Below, piece by piece: positions 8,403 to 17,116 of a DNA stretch of 64,000 bases. The stretch is from an uncultured Thermomicrobiales bacterium (GTDB lineage Bacteria; Chloroflexota; Chloroflexia; Thermomicrobiales; CFX8): assembly GCA_964462545.1 (NCBI GenBank), contig CAYWXR010000002.1, forward strand, positions 152,783-216,782. Direction: 5' to 3'. Numbering within the stretch: position 1 is the stretch's first letter; the number at the start of each line of letters is the position of its first letter. The notes below the pieces were generated by a model that saw only the letters and a list, made by a program, of their open reading frames with translations, was not told the origin of the DNA and did no database searches. A program made the translations under genes and the position numbers.

Positions 8403-9332
8403 TTACAGCGATGCCCGCTGGTGCGGGTCCATCAGGTCGCGCAGGCCATCGCCGACGAAGTTGATTGAGAGGGCCGTGATGAAGATGGCCAGCCCCGGAA
8501 GTGTCGGCAGCCAGATGTCGCTCCAGGCGAACATGAACGATTGCGATTCCTGGAGCATGTATCCCCAGCTTGGAGTTGGAGGCTGAACGCCGAGTCCGAG
8601 GAAGCTGAGGAATGCCTCGGCGATAATCAGTCGAGCGACCTGGACAGTGCCAATAACAATGATTGCGTTCATCAGGTTTGGCATGATGTGCCGGCCAATA
8701 AGACGCAAGTTCCCGACACCAACCACCCTGCCGGCGTGGATGTATTCCAGCGTCCGGATTCGTTCCACCTCGAACTTGATGACCCGGGTATAAATGGGCC
8801 ACGATCCGATCCCGAGCACCAGGACAACATTGATGAAACTGGTTCCAAGCACCGAGATAACTGCCAGCGCCAGCAGGATGAACGGGAACGTCATCATGAT
8901 ATTGACCAGCGTCGAGATGACGCCATCCGCAATGCCACCGAAATAGCCGGCGATGACGCCGAGCGCCACTCCAACGGCACCGGCAACGATGGTGGCCAGC
9001 AGTCCGACGGCCAGTGCAACCCGGGCACCATACATCAATCTGGTCATGTAGTCCCGGCCGATGCCATCAGTTCCGAGTGGATGGGTCCAGGTGCCGCCCT
9101 GCCAAATCGGTGGCTGGAGACGATTGGTGATGGCCCCTTCAGATGGTGTGAATGGCGTCAGAATCGGTGCTGCAACGGCGATGAAGATCAAAATCAGCAG
9201 GATAACGCCACCTACCACCGACATCCGCAAACGCCATGCTGCCCGCATGTAGGAGCGGAAACTCCGTTTGCGGACCTGACGTTCGCTGAGGTTCCGGGCC
9301 GCGTCCTGTGTAGTCGGGGTGGCGGTTGCCAT
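8403..9332 (-). CDS. Peptide/nickel ABC transporter permease (DppC/OppC-like)
   Basis: 309 aa, multi-TM, with a binding-protein-dependent transport inner-membrane signature region (FLSFLGLGVQPPTPSWG). Confidence 0.9.
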   Translation of the reverse strand: MATATPTTQDAARNLSERQVRKRSFRSYMRAAWRLRMSVVGGVILLILIFIAVAAPILTPFTPSEGAITNRLQPPIWQGGTWTHPLGTDGIGRDYMTRLMYGARVALAVGLLATIVAGAVGVALGVIAGYFGGIADGVISTLVNIMMTFPFILLALAVISVLGTSFINVVLVLGIGSWPIYTRVIKFEVERIRTLEYIHAGRVVGVGNLRLIGRHIMPNLMNAIIVIGTVQVARLIIAEAFLSFLGLGVQPPTPSWGYMLQESQSFMFAWSDIWLPTLPGLAIFITALSINFVGDGLRDLMDPHQRASL

Positions 9333-9377
9333 GCATCCTCCAAATTTGCTGTTTCGTGTCGGATGGTGTCCTGCCTG

Positions 9378-10307
9378 CTACCGTTTGATTCGCGGGTCCA
9401 GCACACCAACCACCAGATCGACTCCCAGATTCACCAGTGAGATCACAATCGCCAGCACAACGACTGCAGCCTGAGTCACCGGGAAATCGGCGTTACGGAT
9501 CGATTCAATTGCCAGCAGGCCAACGCCCGGCCAGGCGAAGACGGTTTCGGTAATGACCGCTCCACCCAGCAACTGCCCGAATTGCAGGCCGAGAACGGTG
9601 GTGACCGGGATCATCGTGTTGCGCAGGGCATGGCGGGTGAGGACGACACGCTCGCGAAGACCTTTTGCGCGGGCAGTGCGGACATAATCCTGGGTAAGGG
9701 CGTCAAGAATGCCGGAACGGACAAGTCGCTCGGTAACCGGAGCGAGGAAAACGCCGAGCACAATCGTTGGCATGATCATGTGCTTGATTCGGTCGATCCC
9801 GAACTCACCGTACCCGGAAGGGGGTAACCACTTCAGGTTCACACCAAAGACAATAATCAGCATCAGACCGAGCCAGAAGATAGGCATTGCCTGGCCTGCC
9901 ACGACGAAGAGTGTCGAGATGTTGTCCCAGATGGTGTGGCGCTTGTACGCCGAGATGATGCCCATTGGAATGGCGATAATGATCGCCAGGATGGTTCCGG
10001 AGAAAGTCAGGAGCAGCGTTGCCGGCATTCGCTCCATCACGATGGTCATTGCCGGTCGTTCCGACCGGAACGAGTTTCCGAAGTCACCACGGACAGCATC
10101 GCCCAGAAAGTCGAGATACTGCACCACCAGTGGCCGGTTGAATCCCATCTGTTCCCGGTAGATTTCGCGCTGCTCGCCGGGCGTCTCCGGCGGGAGCAGC
10201 ACATCGACCGGATCACCGATCATGTTGGTGATGATGAACACGATGACAGAGATGCCGAACACGGCAATGACCATCTGAATTACGCGGTTGGCAATATATG
10301 TGCCCAT
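9378..10307 (-). CDS. Peptide/nickel ABC transporter permease (DppB/OppB-like)
   Basis: MGTYIANRVIQMVIAVFGISVIVFII is the typical DppB N-terminus. EAA-like loop: ALTQDYVRTARAKGLRERVVLTRHALRN. ATG at 10307 with GGAGG 9 nt upstream. Confidence 0.9.
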   Translation of the reverse strand: MGTYIANRVIQMVIAVFGISVIVFIITNMIGDPVDVLLPPETPGEQREIYREQMGFNRPLVVQYLDFLGDAVRGDFGNSFRSERPAMTIVMERMPATLLLTFSGTILAIIIAIPMGIISAYKRHTIWDNISTLFVVAGQAMPIFWLGLMLIIVFGVNLKWLPPSGYGEFGIDRIKHMIMPTIVLGVFLAPVTERLVRSGILDALTQDYVRTARAKGLRERVVLTRHALRNTMIPVTTVLGLQFGQLLGGAVITETVFAWPGVGLLAIESIRNADFPVTQAAVVVLAIVISLVNLGVDLVVGVLDPRIKR

Positions 10308-10344
10308 TGCTCGGGGCCTCCACACTGCTGATGATCATCAGGAA

Positions 10345-10370
10345 GTCCCCGCACCCGGAAGTGCGGGGAC
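10345..10370 (-). other. Intra-operon stem-loop between the binding-protein and permease genes
   Basis: Perfect 10-bp stem gtccccgcac / gtgcggggac with a 6-nt loop. Its position is typical of mRNA-stabilising or partial-termination hairpins after SBP genes. Confidence 0.55.
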
Positions 10371-10382
10371 CCGGGAACCACG

Positions 10383-12149
10383 CTAGCTGACGGGCCTTGC
10401 GGTGAAGTACATGTCGATTTCGTCGGCACGTGGTGACCAGTCAACGTTGTTGCTGACGCCCCAGACGGCGTGGAATCCCCACATGAAGATCATCGGCGCC
10501 TCATCGCGAACGATTCGCTGCGCCTTGCGATAGATCTCCATGCGCTCATCCGGATCGAGCGATTCGCGGCCATCCTCCAGCAGTTCATCAAGTTCGGGGT
10601 TGTTGTAATAGGTGAAGATCGAGCTGCTGTGAAGCATGTCGTAGTAGATGCCGTCTGCATCGAACACCGAGTATGAGCCCCAGTTGTAGCTGTGCATCGG
10701 ACCGGCCTGGCCTTCGTTGTGCCGGGTGGTGAACACAAGACCGTCACTCAATGTTTCGAAGGTAACCCGGATGCCGACTGCCTCGAGGTCGCGCTGCATC
10801 GCCTGGTCGACCTGGTCCTGATTCGGCATGGACGATGGGCCGCGCACCCAGGTGACGTCGATTCCATCGGGATAGCCAGCTTCGGCCAGTAATTCGCGAG
10901 CAAGATCCGGGTCGTATTCGTGAGGTTCGATTGATGGATCGAATCCGAAATGTTTCGGATTGAGGAGGGCCGGCGTCCGGTCTCCGCCCGGCTGCAGGGC
11001 GTCGATGTAGCCCTGAATATCGCAGGCATGGTTGGCGGCATGGCGAACCCGCACGTCTTCAAACGGGTTCGGTGCGGTGCGGGCCATCGCATCGAGCCGG
11101 GTGAAGCCCACCCGGAGGATCGCCTGGGTCTTGGTCGAGGCAACGCCCGAGTTGTCGACAGCAGCCATCTGGTCAAAGGGGACCACCCGGACAATATCGG
11201 CGGTGCCGGCCAGCAGTTCTGCGAGCTGGGTCGGCACGCCGGGCACGATCCGCAGGATCAGGTTCTTGTACGGCGGGTTGATATCCGGGTGCCAGTAGTC
11301 ATCATTGCGTTCGAGGATGATCTCCTGGCCCTTGCGCCATTCGACGAACTTGTATGGCCCGGTGCCAACCGGATTTTCTGCCAGATACGAGTCGCCTTCT
11401 TCCTGGGCCAGTTTCTCCGGGATCATCTGGAAGTTCTGCAGGCGCTCGACGAAGATCGGGTATGGCTCGATTGTGTGGACGTGGACAGTGTACTCGTCGA
11501 TAACGTCTACGCTCTCGATCGCCGCATGATTGCCGATCTGCTGGCTTGCCTGCTCCGGATTGGTAATCCGGTCCCAGTTCCACTTGACCGTTTCAGCCGT
11601 GAACGGGTCGCCATTGTGGAAGGTGATACCTTCCCGGAGTTTGATCTCCCAGGTGGTGGGCTCAATGTTCTCCCAGCTTTCGGCGAGCCAGGGTTCGATC
11701 AGGTTGGTATCGGGGTTGCGAACCCCGAGGTTGTCGTGAGTGTGATAGAAGGCGATGATCCCGGTCCGCAGGTTGTGCATGTGCGGGTCCATCGTCGGGA
11801 GATCGGATTCGCTGAAGATCACTCTCAGCGTGTCGCCGGTTGGACCGCTCTCGGCGTCGTCCGAATCGTCCTCTGCCTCGGTTGGTTCGTCGTCGGCGTC
11901 GTCCCCGTCATCTTCAGGTGCGGTGGTTGGTGCTGCTCCGCCTGTGGTGGCAGTTGGAGCCATGCTGGAGCCTGAGTCGTCATCCTCGTCACCACAGGCT
12001 GCCAGAGCGCCGAGCGCTCCTGCGCCGCCGGCCCAGACCATGGCTGCCTTGATAAGGGTTCTCCGGTCGATTCGGCCCTCCTGGTAGAAACGCTCCCAGT
12101 TGGCATACACCCGTTCATGGAGCTCTCGGGCCGATGGTCCATTCAGCAT
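10383..12149 (-). CDS. ABC transporter substrate-binding protein, family 5 (peptide/nickel), Tat/lipoprotein-type signal
   Basis: The sequence RRTLIKAAMVWAGGAGALGALAACGDEDDD contains twin-Arg and lipobox-like Cys motifs. It is followed by an acidic low-complexity linker and a family-5 SBP body. ATG at 12149 with AGGGGG 8 nt upstream. Confidence 0.9.
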   Translation of the reverse strand: MLNGPSARELHERVYANWERFYQEGRIDRRTLIKAAMVWAGGAGALGALAACGDEDDDSGSSMAPTATTGGAAPTTAPEDDGDDADDEPTEAEDDSDDAESGPTGDTLRVIFSESDLPTMDPHMHNLRTGIIAFYHTHDNLGVRNPDTNLIEPWLAESWENIEPTTWEIKLREGITFHNGDPFTAETVKWNWDRITNPEQASQQIGNHAAIESVDVIDEYTVHVHTIEPYPIFVERLQNFQMIPEKLAQEEGDSYLAENPVGTGPYKFVEWRKGQEIILERNDDYWHPDINPPYKNLILRIVPGVPTQLAELLAGTADIVRVVPFDQMAAVDNSGVASTKTQAILRVGFTRLDAMARTAPNPFEDVRVRHAANHACDIQGYIDALQPGGDRTPALLNPKHFGFDPSIEPHEYDPDLARELLAEAGYPDGIDVTWVRGPSSMPNQDQVDQAMQRDLEAVGIRVTFETLSDGLVFTTRHNEGQAGPMHSYNWGSYSVFDADGIYYDMLHSSSIFTYYNNPELDELLEDGRESLDPDERMEIYRKAQRIVRDEAPMIFMWGFHAVWGVSNNVDWSPRADEIDMYFTARPVS

Positions 12150-12247
12150 TGCAATGACCCCCTTATTCTGGATAGCAACAGATGACAAGTCAGGCCTGGG
12201 CGAGACCTCCTCCAGCGAAACTGAATATTCTGATAAGCCGTAGTCGC

Positions 12248-12276
12248 AGAATAGCGGTAAAGTTGCGCTACGTCAA
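12248..12276 (-). promoter_or_regulatory. Sigma-70-type promoter candidate for the peptide ABC operon
   Basis: Minus strand reads TTGACG-N17-TATTCT (12276-12271 and 12253-12248), about 100 nt upstream of the ATG at 12149. Confidence 0.55.
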
Positions 12277-12430
12277 CAGTCGCGGAAGATCCCTTGCAAC
12301 GGTTGCCGGAAAAGTTCACGCCTGTTCTGAAGGGCGTTGAGCGTTGCTGTTCCGGTTGCGAACAGGTATTGCCGGCCACTCACTACCAGTCCGGGGCACG
12401 CGGTAATGAGCTCATGTGTTTGCTAACGCA

Positions 12431-12471
12431 ACACAAGACAAAGCGCCCGCTTCCGGGAAGGAAGCGGGCGC
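12431..12471 (-). terminator. Rho-independent terminator after the RDD gene
   Basis: 12-bp GC-rich stem gcgcccgcttcc / ggaagcgggcgc (12443-12471). On the minus strand it is followed by TTTGTCTTGTGT. Confidence 0.75.
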
Positions 12472-12492
12472 CTTGTTAGTCTGAACAGGAAT

Positions 12493-12966
12493 CTAGAAGC
12501 GCGGGAGAGGCGGTTCGTCGATCGGGTCCTGTGCGCTGCCCGGGCCGACGCTGATGACCTTGGTCTTGGCCAGTTTGTCACCAAGCCGCTGCTTCGCCGG
12601 GTTGGACCAGACCAGGATTGCTCCGACGAGGTAGAAGACCAAGCCGTCAACAATCCGGAGAAGGTTTCGGATGACCGAGTCACCCATGGTAATTGGCGAA
12701 CCGTCTTCCTTCACAACCTTGATCTTGACAACTTTCTTGCCGAGAGTCTGGCCGGAATTGCCTTCGAGCAGGATGTAGTAGGCGAAGAAGGCGATGGTCC
12801 ATAGACAGTTCAACAGGAGCGAGAGACCTGATGTGGTGTTCTCTATGTCTTCGCCTGAACCAAGAGAAAGCACAATTCCCAGACAGCACGCGATCAGGAA
12901 GAATAACGCTCCGTCAATGATGACGGCGAGAGCCCGCGGCCCTACTCCGACGCGATCCGAATACAT
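12493..12966 (-). CDS. RDD-family membrane protein
   Basis: From ATG 12966 the sequence reads MYSDRVGVGPRALAVIIDGALFFLI ... GQTLGKKVVKIKVV ... IRNLLRIVDG, the RDD-domain pattern. The track's 5' extension has no support. Confidence 0.8.
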   Translation of the reverse strand: MYSDRVGVGPRALAVIIDGALFFLIACCLGIVLSLGSGEDIENTTSGLSLLLNCLWTIAFFAYYILLEGNSGQTLGKKVVKIKVVKEDGSPITMGDSVIRNLLRIVDGLVFYLVGAILVWSNPAKQRLGDKLAKTKVISVGPGSAQDPIDEPPLPRF

Positions 12967-13102
12967 CCTTGCCCCCGTCTTCCTACTTCCCCAGGTCCGG
13001 AACGGGCAGCGCCCGATCCCCACAAATCCGCAACTCCGGACACAGTATCCTGCGAATCGCACCACCTACTGTTCCGGAGTTAGATTCAACTAGCGTAAAC
13101 GC

Positions 13103-13142
13103 AACGTCCCCACCGGTCAATAGTCTGAGCGGTGGGGACGTT
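13103..13142 (-). terminator. Hairpin terminator candidate after the betaine transporter operon
   Basis: 13-bp arms aacgtccccaccg / cggtggggacgtt with a 14-nt loop, 30 nt downstream of the permease stop (13174). Confidence 0.55.
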
Positions 13143-13173
13143 CCATTCGTACGAACGCGGCATTCCGGGCAAC

Positions 13174-14034
13174 TCAGGAGATGGACTCTTCGTAGCGCCG
13201 GGCAAAACCCTGGGTGATGCGGTCGATGACAATAGCCAGCGCGACGATCGCCAACCCTGCCTCTGCGCCGCGGCCGATATCCACCCGGCCGATCGCGACG
13301 AGTACTTCCTGGCCCACGCCACGGGCGCCAATCATTGACGAGATGACCACCATCGCCAGCGCCATCATCGTCATCTGGTTGAGTCCGGCCATAATGCCCG
13401 GCAGTGCCAACGGCAACTGGACGTCCTTCAGCACCTGCATCGGGCTGGCACCATACGCCGTCGCTGCTTCAATGGCCGGTTCGGAGACACCACGGATACC
13501 TAGTTCGGTAAGCCGGATCAGTGGTGGCACGGCGTAGATGACCGAGGCAAACACAGCCGGAACCACTCCCAAACCGAAGAACATGACGGCCGGGATCAGG
13601 TAAACGAATGCCGGCATGGTCTGCATGCCATCGAGCACCGGCTTAGCAACCGCCTCGACGGTCGGGTTTCGGGCGATGATGATGCCGAGGGGCAATCCGA
13701 TCACAATCGAGATGATGGCTGCTGTAATGATGATCGACAGCGTAATCATCGTCAGATCCCACAGTTGGAAGGTACCGATCATGAAGGTCAGGGCGACCAG
13801 CACGACCGTAGTCAACTTGCTGCGGGTGCTGAACCAGGCGCCGATGGCCACAACCAGCAGGAAGACGGGCCATGGAATAGCCAGCAGTACACTCTCCAGG
13901 TTGAGCACCATCCAGCGCATGACCGAAGCCATGGCGTCAAACACGCCGGTGAAGGTGGCGAGCACCCAGCGGACGAATCGGTCAACCCAGTCGCCCAGGG
14001 GTATGGTTGCGCTCTCGGGAAATTCAGTGAACAT
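13174..14034 (-). CDS. proW: Glycine betaine/proline ABC transporter permease
   Basis: 286 aa and multi-TM, an OpuAB/ProW-like sequence (MQTMPAFVYLIPAVMFFGLG, ELGIRGV). Confidence 0.9.
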   Translation of the reverse strand: MFTEFPESATIPLGDWVDRFVRWVLATFTGVFDAMASVMRWMVLNLESVLLAIPWPVFLLVVAIGAWFSTRSKLTTVVLVALTFMIGTFQLWDLTMITLSIIITAAIISIVIGLPLGIIIARNPTVEAVAKPVLDGMQTMPAFVYLIPAVMFFGLGVVPAVFASVIYAVPPLIRLTELGIRGVSEPAIEAATAYGASPMQVLKDVQLPLALPGIMAGLNQMTMMALAMVVISSMIGARGVGQEVLVAIGRVDIGRGAEAGLAIVALAIVIDRITQGFARRYEESIS

Positions 14035-14043
14035 GATGCATAC

Positions 14044-15288
14044 CTAGCCCTCTGTCTGTTCCTCATCGGTTCTGTTGTTTTCCGCGTTCTCAAGATCGGC
14101 TGCCAGAACCTGGAGCAGGGTCGATTGGCTGATCTCTCCAACCAGTTGACCATCGTCGTTGACTACCGGAACCGGGTAAACGCTTTCGACAGCAGCCGGT
14201 AGGATTTCGTCCACCGGTGTTGCCTCGGTGATCGGCGTGGCATCCAGCAGGATGTCTGACCACGGTGGAGGTGTTCCGTTCGATCCGATTTCGACCAGAC
14301 GGGTAACCGGGACCCGTCCTTGCAGGGTGCCGTCTTCTCCGACCAGATATCCCAGCGACGCATCCTGTGCCTGGAGCGAGGCAATCGCTTCTCCGGCGGT
14401 GTCATTTGCGCTGATCGTGGCGGTGTCAGTCGACATGATGGTCTCGGCCGTCATGTAGCGACTTGCAGAGGCTCCCAGCACAAACTGGGCGACATAATCG
14501 TCGGCAGGGTTGGTGACCAGTTCTGCCGGGGTTGCGATCTGGATGACTTCTCCATCGCGCATGATTGCGATACGGTCGCCAAGTTTCAGGGCCTCTTCAA
14601 GGTCGTGGGTGACGAAGATGGTCGTCATCTGGACTTCGGCCCGCAATGTCGCGAACTCGGTCTGCATTTCCCGGCGGATAAGTGGGTCGAGGCCGCTGAA
14701 CGGCTCGTCCATCAGCAGAATCTGCGGGTCATGGGCGAGGGCGCGGGCAATGCCGACACGCTGCTGCATGCCGCCACTCAATGCGCTAGGGCGTTCATTT
14801 TCCCAGCCGGAAAGTCCGACTCTCTTGATCGCCTCGAGTGCGCGTTCACGACGCTCCTTGTCCGAAACTCCGCGGGTCTTCAGGCCGTACTCGGCGTTCT
14901 GGAGCACCGTCATGTGCGGCAACAGTCCGTAATGCTGGAACACCATTGCTGTCTTGGTGCGGCGGACCTCGCGGAGTTGGTTCTGGTTCATCGAAACGAT
15001 GTCGGTGCCATCGATCAGGATTTCGCCGCTGGATGGCTCAATGAGCCGGATCAGGCAGCGTACCAGGGTGGACTTGCCACTCCCGGAAAGCCCCATGATG
15101 ACAAAGAACTCACCGCGGTTAACGGAGAAAGAAACGTCCCGAACGCCGACAACGGCGCCCAGTTCGTCGCGTATTTCAGATTTGTCCCGACCCTCCTGGA
15201 TCATCCGGAGAGCCTCGGCTTCATTGTCAGAAGAGAAGACCTTGGAGACGTTCCTGACGTCCAGTATGGGACTCTCAAGCTGTTCCAT
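14044..15288 (-). CDS. proV: Glycine betaine/proline ABC transporter ATPase with tandem CBS domains
   Basis: Walker A GLSGSGKST, signature LSGGMQQRVGIARAL, Walker B LLMDEPFSGLD, and a C-terminal CBS-like region. ATG at 15288 (AAGGA 8 nt upstream) is preferred over the TTG at 15303. Confidence 0.92.
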   Translation of the reverse strand: MEQLESPILDVRNVSKVFSSDNEAEALRMIQEGRDKSEIRDELGAVVGVRDVSFSVNRGEFFVIMGLSGSGKSTLVRCLIRLIEPSSGEILIDGTDIVSMNQNQLREVRRTKTAMVFQHYGLLPHMTVLQNAEYGLKTRGVSDKERRERALEAIKRVGLSGWENERPSALSGGMQQRVGIARALAHDPQILLMDEPFSGLDPLIRREMQTEFATLRAEVQMTTIFVTHDLEEALKLGDRIAIMRDGEVIQIATPAELVTNPADDYVAQFVLGASASRYMTAETIMSTDTATISANDTAGEAIASLQAQDASLGYLVGEDGTLQGRVPVTRLVEIGSNGTPPPWSDILLDATPITEATPVDEILPAAVESVYPVPVVNDDGQLVGEISQSTLLQVLAADLENAENNRTDEEQTEG

Positions 15289-15346
15289 GTTCGTGTCCTT
15301 CAACGAACGCCGCCGGGCCCCAATCGTGGACCCGGCGGCATATTCG

Positions 15347-16441
15347 CTAGTTGCTTTCGGCTGCCAGGGCTTCTTTCACCCGCTCGGCTACGTCGTCAGG
15401 AACCCAGGAGGTCCACTCGTCTTCGTACTCGTTCAGGTACCAGATGGCGGCATCCTCGGCCTCGGCCTCGTTTTCCTGCATGAAGAGCAGGGCCTCACTG
15501 GTGACATCCATCGTGGTTTCGTAGTTCGTGAGGAATTCCACAGCTTCCGGATTGGCGTCATGGAATTCGGTGTTCATGCCGATATTCACCGTGACATTGG
15601 GGTAGGCGCAGGCTGTTTCGCCGACGATGTTGCCGCTGGAGATCTCTTCTGCAATCGAATCCCAGCACTCGTCGGTATATTCCGGTTCCTCGAGCATGGT
15701 CAGATCAAGCTGACCGAAGATCCAGGTCGGTGCCCAGTAGTAGCCAAGCCACGGCTCGCCGCGCTCATAGGCAGCGACCAGTGATGCTGCGAGGGCGGCA
15801 CCACTGCCCGGCAGGAAGCGGTTGTAATGCTCCTCAAGCCCATAGGCCTTGAACTTCACCTCGTTGACGCGCTCGCATTCCCAGCCGGCAATGCAGTCAT
15901 AGAAGCGACCCTTGCCGGGATTTTCCGGGTCTTCGAAGACATCGACGTAGTTGGCCAGATCCTCGACGCTGCGCAGATCCGGAGTGATTGGCTCGATTCC
16001 ACGCTCGGGATCGCCCTCGATCATGTAGGTCGGAACCCAGAATCCCTGAACAGTTTCGCCGAAGCTGAGCCCCAGGTCCTTCACGGTGCCTTCTTCAAGA
16101 GCCGGCTCCCAGGCTTCCTGCTGCTCGACCCAGATCTCCATGGAGACCGACACATCACCGCGCACCAGCCCCTGGAAGAGGGGAATGGTTTCGCCCGGGA
16201 CGGAGTCAACTTCATATCCATATCCGTGTTCGAGGATGTATCCGGCGATGCGGTTATGGACAATTGCGCTGTCCCAGCCATAATCGGCGAAGATGACAGC
16301 ACCGTCGTAGGCCTCTCCGGGGAGGCCATCTCCATTGGAGTCCCCGTTGTCGCCATCATCATCTGCGCAGGCAGCGAGTAATGTGCCAAGCGCAAGGATG
16401 GCTACCAGGAGGAACGCCTGGAGTCTAAAACGACCGAACAT
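15347..16441 (-). CDS. proX: Glycine betaine-binding periplasmic/lipoprotein component
   Basis: Signal plus lipobox LGTLLAACADDD, then an OpuAC/ProX-like body (GWDSAIVHN, WVPTYM, YYWAPTW aromatic-box-type residues). Confidence 0.88.
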   Translation of the reverse strand: MFGRFRLQAFLLVAILALGTLLAACADDDGDNGDSNGDGLPGEAYDGAVIFADYGWDSAIVHNRIAGYILEHGYGYEVDSVPGETIPLFQGLVRGDVSVSMEIWVEQQEAWEPALEEGTVKDLGLSFGETVQGFWVPTYMIEGDPERGIEPITPDLRSVEDLANYVDVFEDPENPGKGRFYDCIAGWECERVNEVKFKAYGLEEHYNRFLPGSGAALAASLVAAYERGEPWLGYYWAPTWIFGQLDLTMLEEPEYTDECWDSIAEEISSGNIVGETACAYPNVTVNIGMNTEFHDANPEAVEFLTNYETTMDVTSEALLFMQENEAEAEDAAIWYLNEYEDEWTSWVPDDVAERVKEALAAESN

Positions 16442-16762
16442 TCACTTTTCCCCTTTCAAACGAGAACCAGGAAGTGCCAGGTACCGGAGGCGGTGTTTGG
16501 CACACCCTATCCCTGCGTTGGCACACCAAGTAGACCCGTTGAGGGTCCATACCGGAGCCAGGCAGGGAATCGTTACTGTTCCACCTTCGCGAGGAGCGAG
16601 GCCGGAACCATCGTGGCCATGGGGATCAAGAGGCGGTTATCGGATCACAGGAACACGGGTCACAGTTACGCGACAATACCCCCACAACGGAAAAACATGT
16701 TTCGGTGTGCTGGACTCAGGCCAGCACCCAACCACCGTCCGTACATCCCTGTGAGCATGCTG

Positions 16763-16791
16763 AGAATACCAATTGAGGCCCGTTTGGTCAA
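16763..16791 (-). promoter_or_regulatory. Sigma-70-type promoter candidate for the proXVW operon, implying a leader of about 315 nt
   Basis: Minus strand reads TTGACC-N17-TATTCT (16791-16786 and 16768-16763). The ATG is at 16441. Confidence 0.5.
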
Positions 16792-17116
16792 GCGCGGGTG
16801 GGGCAAGGGACACAGGTGTGAGTAATAATCACATGCGATGATTGCGCATGTGTGAGGGCTAACAGTGGATGGTGGTGACGGGCTTCTCTCGATCCCGTCA
16901 GGTTGTCACATGCGCGAGATCCGAAATCGGTGCAAATACGCATGTTGATCGGGAAGACTTGGCGAAGCTCCGGGGTAGGTTAACGCGAGATTTCCCCGGT
17001 CATTGTCCTGTATTCAGCGCCTGAGAAAGTATGCGCAAAATGAGCGGCCTGGTGGTTACGCCGGATCGGTATCGAGGATATATGCCGTTTCATGCATAAC
17101 CTCAAGGGAACAGGCG

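Noticed and set aside
10950-11975. 341-aa ORF antisense to the substrate-binding protein gene. Similar cases: 14320..15483, 30310..31344, 31772..32800, 38822..40000, 39945..40889, 52262..53386 and 63023..63694.
   Set aside because: All lie fully inside well-supported genes on the other strand, lack SD sites and motifs, and have the composition typical of antisense frames.
16474-16527. TGGCAC elements as a sigma-54 (-24/-12) promoter
   Set aside because: There is no TTGC at the N5 position after any TGGCAC, and the orientation is wrong for the minus-strand operon.
16442-16756. c-di-AMP (ydaO-type) riboswitch in the proX leader
   Set aside because: I could not find the conserved ACGGGGA/CCCGAAUCC-type blocks by eye, only loose resemblance. 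I kept it as an unassigned long leader pending a covariance-model scan.
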